Assembly: GCA_963821525.1 (NCBI GenBank) | Contig: CAWGED010000008.1 | Coordinates: 32,001-96,000, forward strand | Source: an uncultured Gemmatimonadales bacterium | Lineage (GTDB): Bacteria > Gemmatimonadota > Gemmatimonadetes > Gemmatimonadales > GWC2-71-9 | Length of the DNA: 64,000 bases | Direction of reading: 5' to 3' | In this document: positions 13,406-25,243 of the stretch, piece after piece | Layout: each line of letters opens with the position of its first letter | Numbering within the stretch: the stretch's first letter is position 1 | Made by a program: the position numbers and the translations under genes | The notes under the pieces: model-generated | Seen by the model: only the letters and a program-made list of their open reading frames with translations | Told to the model about the DNA's origin: nothing | Database searches by the model: none

Positions 13406-13503
13406 TGCTACCGTAAGCGGCACGGAGGGCAATCCGGCCTTCCAGTGGGGTCGCGTTTCCTTCGTCGGTAACGGGATCTCGGCCGACAGAAGGAGCGAAC
13501 CAC
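13406..13503 (+). promoter_or_regulatory. Extended -10 promoter and 5'UTR hairpin occluding the helicase SD
   Basis: TGcTACCGT at 13406-13414; GTGG/CCAC, TCGC/GCGA, TCCTTC/GAAGGA, GTCGGT/GCCGAC pairings span 13445-13503. Confidence 0.55.
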
Positions 13504-13506
13504 AAC

Positions 13507-14674
13507 ATGACCGATTTCCGCGCGCTCGGCGCCTCGGATGCCGTGTGCAACGTGCTCTTGGAGCGGGGCATCGATGCACCCGTTCCCGATCCAGTCCCTC
13601 GTGATCCCGGAGGCGCTCCGAGGCGGCGACGTCCTCGCGAAGAGCCCGACCGGGTCCGGCAAGACGATCGCGTTCGCGATCCCGATCATCGAGTGCCTCG
13701 ACCTCGACGCGACCAAGCCGTCGGCGCTCGTGCTCGTGCCGACGCGCGAGCTCGCCGCCCAGGTGACGGAGGAGATCGAGATCGTCGGCGCTCCGCGCGG
13801 CGTCCGCGCCGCGGCGGTGTACGGCGGCGTGCCGCTGAAGCGGCAGGCCGACGAGGCGCGGCGGGCGCACGTCGTCGTCGCCACGCCCGGGCGGCTGCAG
13901 GACCTCGTCGACCGGCGGATGCTCTCGATCGACCACGTCGGCGTGCTCGTCCTCGACGAGGCCGACCGGATGCTCGACATGGGCTTCAAGCCGCAGGTCG
14001 ACCGGCTCGTCCGCCGGCTGCCGGAGAACCGGCAGACGATGTTCTTCTCGGCCACGCTCGACGGCGAGGTGGGCGAGCTCGCGCGCCGGTACACACGCAA
14101 TCCGTCCCGGTTCGAGGGCGAGCTGCCGGAGGAGCGCCGCAGCGGCGAGGTCGACCATCGCTTCATCCCGGTCACGGCCGACAACAAGGTGCAGACGCTC
14201 GTCGAGCTCCTGCCCGGCGACGACGGCCTCGCGCTCGTCTTCGTGCGCACGAAGGCCGGTGCCGACCGGCTCGTGCAGAAGCTCCGCCGCCACGACGTCG
14301 ACGCCGTCGCGATCCACGGCGACAAGGCGCAGGCGCAGCGCGAGCGCGCGCTCGAGCGGTTCGACCAGGGCAAGGTGCGGACGCTCGTCGCCACCGACCT
14401 CGCCGCGCGCGGGCTCGACGTCGAGCGGATCACGCACGTGATCAACTTCGACCCGCCCGACGAGCCGGACGCGTACACGCACCGCGTCGGCCGCACGGGA
14501 CGAGCCGGCCGCGGCGGCATCGGGATCACGCTCGTCCTCCCCGAGCAGCAGGCCGAGGTCAGCCGCGTCGCGCGGTTCCAGGGCCACACCGAGCAGTACC
14601 AGGCCGCCGGCCTGACGCTCGCCCGGCCGAGGCTCGTCTACACGTCGCGGCGGGGCCGGAGGTCGAAGTGGTAG
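13507..14674 (+). CDS. DEAD-box RNA helicase (one frameshift near 13575)
   Basis: Q motif FRALG..PFPIQ, SPTGSGKT, PTRELA, TPGRL, DEAD, FSAT, ARGLD, HRVGRTGRAG. Confidence 0.97.
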
Positions 14675-15114
14675 ACGAGCGCCTGACCGCGAGCCAGGCC
14701 GAGACGCTCAGGGCCGAGCTCGAGGAGCTCGAGGGCCCGCGCCGCACCGAGGTGGTCGCGGCGATCAAGAAGGCACGCGAGTTCGGCGACCTCTCGGAGA
14801 ACTTCGAGTATCACGCCGCGAAGAACGAGCAGGGCCTGCTCGAGGCGCGCATCCGCACGCTGCGGGCGCGGCTCGACCACGCCGAGATCGTCCCGGAGGC
14901 GACCGGCGAGGAGGTCGGGATCGGCTCGGTCGTCGAGATCGAGGACGAGAGCGGCGAGACGATCACGGTCGAGGTCAGCGCCGTCGGCGGGTCGGGCACG
15001 GTCTCGCCGACCTCGCCGCTCGGCTCGGCCGTCCTCGGGCACAAGGTCGGCGAGACGGTCGAGGTCTCCGCGCCGCGCGGTGCGTGGCACGCCACGATCC
15101 GCGCGATCCGCTGA
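14668..15114 (+). CDS. greA: Transcription elongation factor GreA
   Basis: AREFGDLSENFEYHAAKNEQGLLEARI; VSPTSPLGSAVLGHKVGE; GGAGG RBS at 14658-14662. Confidence 0.95.
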   Translation: MVDERLTASQAETLRAELEELEGPRRTEVVAAIKKAREFGDLSENFEYHAAKNEQGLLEARIRTLRARLDHAEIVPEATGEEVGIGSVVEIEDESGETITVEVSAVGGSGTVSPTSPLGSAVLGHKVGETVEVSAPRGAWHATIRAIR

Positions 15115-15927
15115 ATGCGTACGACGGCTGGAGACTGCTCACGCGGATGACCTGCTCGCTGCGTCGGTCCTGGATCGTTGCCGGACTACATCGGCGCGGT
15201 TTCGTGATATTCGAGAGAGGGGCGTTGGAGAGCGGGCTGACCGGAGCGAACTGGTCTGGTTGCTCACCGCGCTCCCCGGCAAGGCGCCTCTGGCCGGAAC
15301 CAGCCCTCACGGCCGAATTCACGGCCGCCAAGGCCCGTGTCCGGATCGGCCGGCTGCAATCGCTACTCCGGCAAGGTCAGGACGATCGGCGGCACGATTC
15401 GGATCTCGTCGCTCGCGTCGACGGAGATGGCCTGCCAGCCCAAGATCATGACGCAGGAAAGCGCGTATCTGAAGGTTCTCTGCGTCGGCACGCCGCTACA
15501 GCGTCAACGGGGGAACGCTGACGCTCGAGGACGCTCGGCGGGCGGGTGCTCGGGACGTTCAAGGCGCAGTCCCAGCAGCTCGCGGGACTCTCCTGGACCG
15601 TCGTCTCCTACAACAATGGCAAGGAGGCCGTCGAGAGCGTGCTCGCCGCGACGAAGCTCACCGCCGTCTTCGGCGAAGGACGGCAACCTGACCGGGTTTG
15701 CCGGTTGCAACAACTACGCCGCGACCTACGCCGGCACCCCGCCGAAGCTCACGATCACGCAGGTGTCTTCGACGAGGAAGTACTGCGCGACGCCCACCGG
15801 AGCGATGGATCAGGAGGCCCGGTACCTCGCGGCGCTGGCCACGGCGGCGACCTACCGGATCGAGGGAAGCACGCTCGAGCTCCGCACGGCCTCCGGCGCC
15901 ACCGCCGCCGAGCTCCGGCGCAAGTAG
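15115..15927 (+). CDS. Tandem META (HslJ-like) domain protein; 5' end uncertain, frameshifted
   Basis: Two copies of the META signature: SGSAGCNRYSG..LASTEMAC..QESAYL and TGFAGCNNYAA..VSSTRKYC..QEARYL. Confidence 0.85.
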
Positions 15928-16038
15928 CCGCGCCTCACGCGGTCAGCTCGTCGCGCAGGGTTTCACGGCCGTGCTCACCTGGTCTCTCCTGCACAGTGGC
16001 AGGTCTACCATGGGCACCCAGAGCAGGCCCCGCCTCGG

Positions 16039-16408
16039 ATGGCGAGCGCTCACCCCAGGGTGAAGCACTTCATCTACGTGAGCGTGGCTCAGCCGGCACC
16101 GGCCATGAAAGCGTACGTCGCTGCACGGGTTCGCGGGGAGCAGCTGATTCGGGACAGCGGGCTCAGCGCCACGTTCCTTCGCCCCTGGTACGTGCTGGGT
16201 CCAGGGCACTGGTGGCCTGCCCTGCTGTTGCCCGGCTACTGGCTGGCGGAGCTGACTCCTTCTCTCCGGCAAACGGCGAGGCGCCTGGGCCTCGTCTCCC
16301 GTCCTCAGATGGTGCGAGCCTTGGTGCACGCCGTTGAGCAGCCGGTCAGTGGAGTTCGCGTCATTGATGTCGCCAATATTCGCAAGGTCACACTGACCGG
16401 AGGAGCTG
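16039..16408 (+). pseudogene. C-terminal fragment of an atypical SDR / NAD(P)H-binding protein; 3' end approximate
   Basis: VKHFIYVSVAQPAPAMKAYVAARVRGEQLIRDSGLSATFLRPWYVLGPG; no upstream GxxGxxG Rossmann half; probably cut by the assembly junction. Confidence 0.7.
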
Positions 16409-16447
16409 ACACGCTTCGTCTGTCGGTCGGGTTCATTGGTTTGATGG

Positions 16448-18072
16448 TTGGTCTCCGCAGGTGGCGAAATCCTGAGTTACGACACCATCCTCCGCCACGG
16501 TACCGTCTATGACGGGACCGGCGCTGCCCCGGTCACCGCCGACGTCGCGATCAAAGGCGATACCGTCGCCGCGATTGGAGATCTCTCGAAGGCTCGCGGC
16601 AAGGTCGAGCTCGACGTCACCGGCCTGGCGGTGGCGCCCGGCTTCATCAACATGCTGAGCTGGGCCACCGAATCGCTGATCGAAGACGGGAAGTCGCAGG
16701 GCGAGATCCGCCAGGGCGTGACCCTGGAGATCATGGGCGAAGGGGAATCCATGGGTCCCTGGTCCGACTCGCTCAAGGCGAAACAAGGCCAACCAGGGCG
16801 ATATCAAGTACGACATTCAATGGACCACGCTGGGCGAGTACCTGGATTTCCTGGAGCGCAAAGGCATTGCCACAACGTGGCGTCGTTCGTCGGGGCGACG
16901 ACGATCCGGAAAAACGTGATCGGCTACGCGACCGGCCGCCGACCGCAGCCGAGCTGAACCCATGCGCGCGCTGGTGAAGCAGGCGATGGAGGAGGGCGCC
17001 TTCGGCATCGGCTCGGCGCTCATCTATGCCCCGGCCTTCTACGCCAGCACCGACGAGCTGGTCGAGCTTTGCAAGGTCGCGGCGCCCTACGGAGGGATGT
17101 ACATCAGCCACATGCGGAGCGAAGGCAACCGTCTGCTCGAAGCGGTGGACGAGCTGATCCGGATCTCGCGCGGGCCGGGATACCCGCCGAGATCTATCAT
17201 CTCAAGGCAGCAGGGAACGCGAACTGGCCGAAGATGGACGAGGTAATCCAGAAAGTGGATGCAGCCCGCGCAGCCGGACATCGAATCACCGCCGACATGT
17301 ACACCTATCCGGCCGGCGCGACCGGGCTCGACGCGTCGATGCCGCCCTGGGTGCAGGAGGGGGGACTGCGGGAGTGGATCAAGCGGCTCAAGGATCCGCG
17401 ATCCGCGCGAAGGTCGTGCGCGAGATGAAAACCCCGACCGACAAATGGGAGAGCCTCTATCTCGCCGCGGGGTCCCCCGATCGGATATTGCTCGTCGCCT
17501 TCAAGGAAGACTCTCTGAAGCCCCTCACCGGAAAAACCCTTGCCGAAGTCGCAAGGATGCGAGGCAAGTCGCCGGAGGAGACGGCGATGGATCTCGTGAT
17601 CCAGGATGGCAGCCGGGTGGGCACGGTGTATTTCCTGATGTCCGAGGACAACATCAGGAAAGAGGTACCCCTGCCATGGGTGAGCTTTGGCTCCGACGCC
17701 GAGTCGGAGGCGCCGGAAGGAGTGTTCCTCAAGTCGAACCCCCATCCAAGGGCCTACGGGAATTTTGCGCGGGTCCTCGCCAAGTACACGCGTGACGAAA
17801 AGCTGATGCCGATGGCCGAGGCGATCCGCAAACTTTCAGGTTTGCCCGCCGCGAATCTAGGGCTCAAGCATCGGGGCAACCTGAAGGCGGGTTACTTCGC
17901 CGACATCGCCGTCTTCGATCCCGGGAAAATCCAGGATCACGCGACCTTCGATAAGCCGCACCAATACGCGACGGGAATGGTGCACGTGTTTGTGAATGGC
18001 ACCCAGGTGCTCAAGGATGGGGAGCACACGGGGGCGCTGCCGGGACGGGTGGTGGTGAGAGGGAGGGATTAA
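16448..18072 (+). CDS. N-acyl-D-amino-acid deacylase (D-aminoacylase) family amidohydrolase (frameshifted)
   Basis: GTVYDGTG..ADVAIKGD..VAPGFINM, YISHMRSEG, IYHLKAAG, ADMYTY, FGSDA, HPRAYGNFARVL, GYFADIAVFDP. Confidence 0.92.
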
Positions 18073-18075
18073 AAG

Positions 18076-18138
18076 AGATTGAAGATTGAGGGATTGAGGA
18101 TTGAAATTAGAAAATTGCAAATTGAAAATTTCAAATTG
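18076..18138. repeat. Degenerate period-7 AT-rich array (AGATTGA/AAATTGA)
   Basis: About 9 units between convergent stop codons. Confidence 0.8.
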
Positions 18139-20195
18139 GGCTGTCAGGTGTGATCGGAGCTCCGGGATGAGGTGAGTAGAGCCTTGGCAGCGGCGATGGC
18201 ATCTGGCTGCCCGTGAGGGCGACCAGGTCGCCCGCCTGGAGCCGTTCTCCGGCGTCGGGGAACGGGATGCGGCGGTCGCCGCGGAGCAGCCCGAGTATGG
18301 TGGCCCCGGTCCGGCCACGGAGATTCAGCTCGGTCAGGGTGCGGTCATCCGCCTCACTTCCTTCGCCTACGTGTGCTGCCGTGAAGTCACCGAGGCCCGG
18401 CAGCAGGCGACGGGCAAGATCAACGCTGGAGTCCGCCGCCGATTGCTTCGCGAGGGCGGCAACAACCACCTCCGCCCCAGCCTTGAGATGACCCTGTAGT
18501 TCACTCGCGCTGCGATAGAACCCGATTCCGAGCAGCGCCAGCACTCCCGCCAGGACCAGAATCCCCCCGAAGGGCGGCAGAAACGGCTGAGTGATCGCGA
18601 CGAGTGGCGCTCCCACCAGGAGCACCACCGCGATCTGCATCGTCAGCCCCATGAGCCGCCGTGGGGCGAACGCGTTATCCACTTTCCCGCGGCCCGGCGG
18701 TGGCAGCGCGGCCGCGGCGAGTCCGAGGCCGAGCCGCCGCGCCACGGCGACAATACCAAACACGAACGGCGCCAACAGGGCGAGCGTGACGAGAACGAGC
18801 AGACAGGCGCCCCACGCCGGCTGAGAGACCAACCTGCGTGCCGATCAGGTCTATGAGGCGACGATGCACGATGGGGTAACCAAGCACGATGGCCAGGACG
18901 GCGAGGGCGTCCAGCAACAGCAGCCAGAGCAATCGGCCCACAGCGGGAAGGGAACCTCGGGCAGGGCTGCGGCGCAACGCTTCGACCCATGTCCCATACA
19001 GTGAGGCAAAGGACTGAAGCGGGTGGGGCAGCTTGCGGTCCACGTATCCCGCGAGCGCCGGAGCGTACCGCACGGTCCAGGGCGTAGTGAAGGCGGTAAT
19101 AGCCGAAACGGTGATGGCCACCGCGTAGAGCTCGGACGGTACCGCACCCAGTTGCAAGCCTACGGCCGCGATGATGAACGAGAACTCTCCGATCTGCGCC
19201 ATACTCATGCCGGTCCGCACCGCGGTGCGGACTCCGCGTCCCGCCAGAAAAGAGCCCACCGATACCGAGGCCAGTTTGCCCATTGTGACGATGAGCAGAA
19301 AGAGGAGCACCAGCGGCCAGTGCTCTCGAAGTCCCCCGAAATCGAATTGCATCCCCACCGCCACGAAGAAAATCGCCGCAAACATGTCGCGAACCGGCCG
19401 GATTTCCCGCTCGATCTGGCGCCCGGCGCCAGACTCGGCGACCAGACAGCCGGCGAGGAAGGCGCCGAGAGCGACCGAGTAGCCGAAGGCCCGAGCTACG
19501 GCAGCCATGCCAAAGCAGAAACCCACACCAACCAGCACCATTGTCTCCGGCCGCCAATGCTGGGCCGCAGCGCGCACCGCGCGGGGAACGACCAGCATGC
19601 CCGCCGCCAGCATGACGAGCAACGCCAACGCGAGACCGGCGAGACCACGGCCAACCAGAGAAATCGTCAGGGCACCGGTAGAGGCCACCGAGGTGAGAAT
19701 CGTGAGCAGCAGGACCGCCGCGAGGTCCTCGAAGATCAGCACCCCGAAGAGGAAGTCCTTGAACTCCCGCGCCGGCGGCTCTTCTTCGAACGTCTTCACG
19801 ATGATCATCGTACTGGAAATCGCTACGACTCCAGCCGCGAAGAGACTGGCGAGCGAGGTCCACCCGAGGAGATGGCCGACGGCATAGCCCAGCACCAGCA
19901 TGCCGCTGACTTCGACGGCCGCGGCGAGCCCGGCGGTTGGGGCGAGCGCGACTACCTGTTGCACGCGGAACTCCAGCCCGATGCTGAACATCAGCAAGAC
20001 GATGCCCAGCTCCGACAGAGTCTGGATCGATGCTTCGTCGGCGATGAGGCGGGGAGGAGTTCGGGGACCGACCAGGAAGCCGGCCAGCAGGTAGCCAAGG
20101 ACAACCGGCAGCTTGAGCCGCTGGCAGGTGAGCGCCGTGATCGCGGCGGTCACCAGAACAATGGCAAGGTCGCGAAGAAAATTGTGGACTGGCAT
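18131..20195 (-). CDS. CPA2-family cation:proton antiporter with C-terminal TrkA-C (RCK_C) domain (frameshifted; 3' end approximate)
   Basis: FLRDLAIVL..PVVLGYLLAG, ELGIVLLMFSIGLEF, AISSTMII, LIFEDL, ALGAFLAG, FFVAVG, QIGEFSFII; tail TLTELNLRGRTGATILGLLRG..LQAGDLVALTG. Confidence 0.92.
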
Positions 20196-20202
20196 CGAAA
20201 GT

Positions 20203-20351
20203 ACGTGAGACGTAAGAAGTGAGACGTGAGACGTGAGACGTGAGACGGAACGTGGACCGATAGACCCTGCGTGCAAGTCGCCAGCCATCCGAGTCTGGCT
20301 AACGTCCCAGTCTTATCTCTTACGCCTCACCTCTCACGTCCCACGTCTTAC
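20203..20351. repeat. Inverted pair of period-7 arrays (ACGTGAG)n ... (TCTCACG-like)n
   Basis: Near-perfect GTGAGAC units at 20203-20247; degenerate reverse-complement units at 20302-20351. Confidence 0.8.
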
Positions 20352-20794
20352 CTCCTCCGACCCAGAAGGCGAAGGGCTCTGACGACCCGCTGCTGCGCAG
20401 CCGAGTGCTTCACCGCCAGGAAGATCGTGTCGTCGCCGGCGAGGGTTCCGACCACATCGGCCCAGGCCAGGCGGTCGATGCGGCACCGACCCGGTTGGCC
20501 TCGCCGGGCGGGGTGTGCAGCACGATCAGCGCGTCGCCCGCAGGCTCCAGCGTGAGCACGCCCTCTGCGATCCGGCGCTCGTCGGGATGTCGGTGTCGAC
20601 AACGCGGGCGGGCCGCCGATAGGCGCCGTCCACCTTCACCAGGCGCAGCGCAGCGATATCGCGGCTGACCGACGACTGGGTCACCTCCCAGCCTTCGGCC
20701 GCCAGCGCCTCCGCCAGCTCCTCCTGGGTCCGGATCGCCCGGGTGCTGATCAGCTCCAGGATCTTGAGATGGCGCTTCCGCGGTCGGCGGTCAT
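20348..20794 (-). CDS. argR: Arginine repressor (frameshifted)
   Basis: [35 protein letters not shown]-terminal [16 protein letters not shown] overlap with argH. Confidence 0.95.
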
Positions 20795-22193
20795 TCGGCT
20801 CGCCGTCTGGTTCCCGGGCCGCGCAGCCGGCCGAGGGCCCCGTCGAAGCGCCGGCGCTGCCGGTTGGCCCAGCTGCGGCCCGCCGGAGCCTCGCCCGTGC
20901 CGGCCAGACCGAGGTTGCCGAGCCCTCCGGTGGACCGGCGGCGGGCGATGATCTCGGCGGTGGCGGGCTCACGCCAGAAGTCGCCCTCGCGGATAGCGGC
21001 AGCCACCTCGCGATAGGCGGAGCGGAAGGCCCGCCCCGCCTCGACCCGCCGCATCACCTCGTCGGTGGCGAGCGCGCCGCCCGAGAGGATCGGCGCCGCA
21101 CCGCCGGATCCACCGAGAGTCGCGGCACCGCGATGGCCATCATCGAGAGCATCCCTTCCGGCCGGTCGAGCCCGCGCATCAGCGGCTCCTTGAGCAGCTG
21201 GAAGTCGCGGTGATAGCCGCCGGTGAGCTTCGCCTTGATCTGCAGCACCGTCGCCAGGTCGCCCTCGAGCGCGGCGGCGCGGCTCCGGGTCAGCTCGAAG
21301 AGATCGGGATTCCGCTTGTGCGGCATGATGCTCGACCCGGTAGCGAGCTCGGCCGGCAGGACCAGATAGCCGAACTCCTCGGCGCTGAAGAGGATCACGT
21401 CGCTGGAGAGCTTGGCGAGGTCGTGGCCCAGCTGGGTGCACCAGAAGAGCACCGCGGCCTCGAGCTTGCCGCGGCCCTCTGCACCGAGGCCACATTGTGC
21501 TCGAGCCCGGCGAAGCCGAGCGCGCGCGCCGCCGCTTCGCGCTTGAGCGGGAGCGGCACGCCGTATCCCGCCGCGCTGCCGAGCGGCGAGCGATCCACCC
21601 GGGGCCAGAGCGCCGGGAGCGCTTCGACCGTGTCGAGCAGGCCCTCGGCGAAGGCCGCCGCCCACAAGCCCGGCGGAGGACGGCATGGCGCGCCGCTGGT
21701 GGGTGTATCCCGGCCAGAGACCGTGCTGGTGTCGGGCGAACGAGAGCAGGCCGTCCACCAGGTCCAGCGCCTCGTCCTGCAGGTGAAGCAGACGGTCCTT
21801 GAGAAAGAGCCGGAGGTCGCAGGCGACCTGGTCGTTCCGCGAGCGGCCGGTGTGCAGCCGCTCGCCGGCAGGCCCGAGTCGCCGGGTGAGCCAGTCCTCG
21901 ACCGCGGTGTGCACGTCTTCGTGCCGGGCCGACGCGAAGGGTTCCTGCATCGACCGCCGCCAAGGCGGCGCGCAGCCCGGCGCGGATGCGGCGGTATTCC
22001 GCCGGAGTGAGCAGGCCCGACGCGCGGAGACCCTCGACGTGGCCCAGGCTGCCGAGCACGTCCCAGGCGAGCAGCCGGGCGTCCCACAGCCGGTCCTCGC
22101 CCGCGGTGTAATCGAGCATCAGCCGGTCCAGGGCGGCCGGCGGGACCACAGCGTAGTTGGCGGGCGGGCGGTGCCCCGGGCGCGCTTAGTCAT
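20791..22193 (-). CDS. argH: Argininosuccinate lyase (frameshifted)
   Basis: [58 protein letters not shown]. Confidence 0.96.
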
Positions 22194-23253
22194 GCGAGAT
22201 ACGTCTCGGCGAGGTGTCGTAGAACAGGCGGGCCGCGGTCACCTCGGGCAGACTCACGCACTCATCAGGCGTGTGCGAGCGCCGGCTGGTGCCGGGGCCG
22301 CACTTGACCGCGTCGTGGTCGCGGAGGAAAACCCAGTCGGAGCAGGTGGGACTGCCGAACCGGCGAGCCTCGGGCCGGAACCCCGCCAGCGCGAGCAGGC
22401 GGGAGGCCGGCGGTGTCTCGCAGGGCACCAGCCGGTCGCGAGGTGACCACGACTTCGACATGCAGCGCGCGGCGCAGCACGTCGGCCACCTCGTCGTGGG
22501 TCCAGTCGGGCGTGCTGCGGACGTCGAGGATGGCCCGGGCCACCGGCGGCGTCACGTTCCGGCTGACGCCGGCCTCCAGCATGGTCGGCGTCGCGGTCGT
22601 GTGCCCGAGCACCGGATGGGCCGGTCGCCGAAGAGGCCGTCGAGCCGCACGAGGTCCTGGCGAGCGCGACCACGGCGTTGGTAACTCGCCGTCATCCGCG
22701 GCGTAGCCCGCGTGGCGCTGTCTCCCTGGGCGACCAGGTCCACCATCATCAGTCCGCGCTGCGCGATGGCGAACTCGAGATTGGTCGGCTCGCCCACGAC
22801 GGCGGCGTCGATGGGCCCGGCCCGCTCCACCGCCGCGGCATCGTGGTGTTCCTGGTCTCCTCGCCGTAGCCGAGGATGACCAGGAGGCGACCGCGCCGGA
22901 GCCGCGCCTGGCGGCCAGGTCCCGCGCGGCGCACAGCATCGCGGCCACCGACGCCTTGGCGTCGCCCGAGCCGCGGCCGTAGAGCCGGTTGCCTTCGATG
23001 GTCGGGGTGAACGGCTCGCGGGTCCAGCCCTCCCGGCGGGACACGATCGAGATGGGAGACCAGCGCGAGCGTGGGCCCGGGCCGCGCACCCGGATCCGAC
23101 CGGGACCGAGGCATCGTCCCGGCGAACGTCCAGGCCCCAGCCCGCGGACCTGCTCCTCGACACCGCGCGAGCGCCTCCTCCGTCGCCGCTGACCGAGGGG
23201 ATCGCCACCAGGTCCCGGAGCAGCGCGATCTCAGTCGGCAAGGTCGACGCCAA
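22186..23253 (-). CDS. argE: M20-family N-acylornithine/N-acylcitrulline deacylase (frameshifted)
   Basis: LRDLVAIPSVSG, SHLD, LYGRGSGDAKASVAAM, GEET, VVGEPT, GPG..RSHTPDE; inside arg operon. Confidence 0.88.
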
Positions 23254-24167
23254 GGTAGGTCGCCTTCTCCTTCCGGCCGACGATCATGGTGCCGCATCCG
23301 GCACCGGTGAACACCTCGAGCAGCAGGGCGTCGGGCGCGCGGCCGTCGATGATGTGGGTCCGCTCCACCCCGCCGGTGGCGGCCCGGATGCAGGCCTCGA
23401 CCTTGGGGCGCATGCCGCCGGAGAGCGCGCCGCTGGCCATGAGCCCCGCCAGGTCGTCGGGATCGGCGAAGGTGACCAGGCTCGCGGGGTCGTTGCGGTC
23501 GCGCAGCACGCCCGGCGCGCCGGTGAGGAAGATCAGCTTCTGCGCCTTGAGCGCCACGGCCAGCGACTCCGCCACGGTGTCGGCGTTGACGTTGAACACG
23601 TCGCCGTCGTCGTCGCCGGCGAGGCTCGCCACCACCGGCACGAAGCGCGCCTCCAGCAGCGTGATGAGCACGCGCGGATCGACCCGGTCGATGTCGCCGA
23701 CGTGGCCGAAGTCCACTTCGCGAGCGGTGCCGGCGTCGTCCACCACCTGACCGGCGGGCGGCGGTGGGCGGTGATCAGGTCGGCGTCCACGCCGCTCAGC
23801 CCGACCGCCTGCACCCCGTGCGCGCGGAGCGCGGCCAGCAGGTCGACGTTGAGCTGGCCCGCGTAGACCATCTTGGCCACCTCGAGCGCGCCGTCGTCGG
23901 TGACCCGCCGGCCGGCCACCATGCGCGGCTCCTGCGCCGAGCCGGCGGCTCAGGGCGGTCGCCTGCGGGCCGCCGCCGTGCACCACGACGAGGCGGATGC
24001 TGAGCGACGAGAGCAGCGCGAGCTGCGCGGCGACCTGGTCGAGCGCCTCCGGGTCGCGCGAGCACGTCGCCGCCGAGCTTGACGACGAAGACCTGGTCGC
24101 GGTAGGCGCGGACGTAGCGCAGCGCGCCTTTGAGGCCGGCGATGCCTTTGGTGGTGTCGATGGTCAC
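23231..24167 (-). CDS. argB: N-acylglutamate kinase (no C-terminal GNAT domain; frameshifted)
   Basis: FVVKLGG, VHGGGPQ, GRRVTD, FGHVGDI, FNVNADTVA, LSGGMRPKVEAC, HIIDGR..LLLEVFTGAGCGT. Confidence 0.95.
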
Positions 24168-24172
24168 GTTGC

Positions 24173-24232
24173 GTCGAGGTCTATGGTCGCTGATCGTTGG
24201 TCCAAGGCCATCGGTCATGAGTCGTAGGTCAT
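24173..24232. repeat. Degenerate period-7 array (GGTCNNN)
   Basis: GTC-like triplet recurs about every 7 nt in the argF'-argB spacer. Confidence 0.55.
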
Positions 24233-25243
24233 GTTCCACCGAGCATCTTCAGCAGCAGCGCCCGCTGCGCATGCAGCCGGTTCTCCGCCTCGTCCACCAC
24301 CACCGAGTTGGGCCCGTCGAGCACCGCGTCGTCGATCTCGACGTTGCGGCGCACCGGCAGGCAGTGCATCACGACGCCTTGCCCCTCGCGGGTGGACTTG
24401 AGCCGCTGCGGGGTGAGCCGCCAGTCGCGCAGCGTCGCGCGGAAGGCCGCTCCTCCTCCGGCTGGCCGTACAGCTTGACCGAGCCCCACGACTTCACGTA
24501 GACCGCGTCGGCCCCGACGACGGCGTCGTCGGGATCGTCGATGATGTGCACGAACTCGCCGCCCTGTGCTGCGCGAGCGTGCCGGATCAGCGCAGTGTCC
24601 TCGGGATCGAGCTCGTAGCCCGGCGGGCGGGCGATGACGATCTCCATCCCCAGCTGCGCGGCCGCGAGCGCCGCGCTCGCCGGCACGGCGGTCGGCAGCG
24701 CCTTGGGGTGCCACGCCCAGGTCAGCACGAAGCGCTTCCCGCGGGTCTCCCCGAGCTTCTCCCGGAGCGTCATCGCGTCGGCCAGCTGCCTGGCAGGGGT
24801 GCCGCCGCGCGGACTCGAGGTTGATGACCGGCTTCTCGCAGTACCTGGCGAAGTTGCGCAGGATGCCGTCCTCCCGCGCGACGGCCCAGTCGCTGCCGCG
24901 GGGAAAGGACCGCACACCGACCGCGTCGGCGTAGCGGCCGAGGACCCGCGCGGCCTCGATGATGTGCTCGACGGTGTCCCGTCCATGACGGCGCCGTGCT
25001 CGGTCTCGAGCGACCAGCTGCCCTTGCCCGGCTCGAGCACCACGCCGTGGCCGCCGTGCAGGAACATCGCGGTCTCGAAGCTGGTGCGGGTGCGGAGGCT
25101 CGGATCCAGGAAGACCATCGCCAGCACCTTCCGCTCCAGCCCGCCGGACACCTCGCCCCGCTTGACCCGCGCGGCGAGCGCGAGCAGCGCGTCGATCTCC
25201 TCCGGCTCCAGTCCTCCACGGCCAGGAAGTCCCGCTTGGTCAT
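24229..25243 (-). CDS. argF: N-acylornithine carbamoyltransferase (ArgF'-type, AOTCase/SOTCase; frameshifted)
   Basis: [46 protein letters not shown]: motifs of the AOTCase/SOTCase clade, not canonical OTCase. Confidence 0.93.

Noticed and set aside
15930..16045. Genomic island or prophage boundary
   Set aside because: No integrase, tRNA or direct repeat; genes on both sides are cut mid-sequence and both sides carry core genes.
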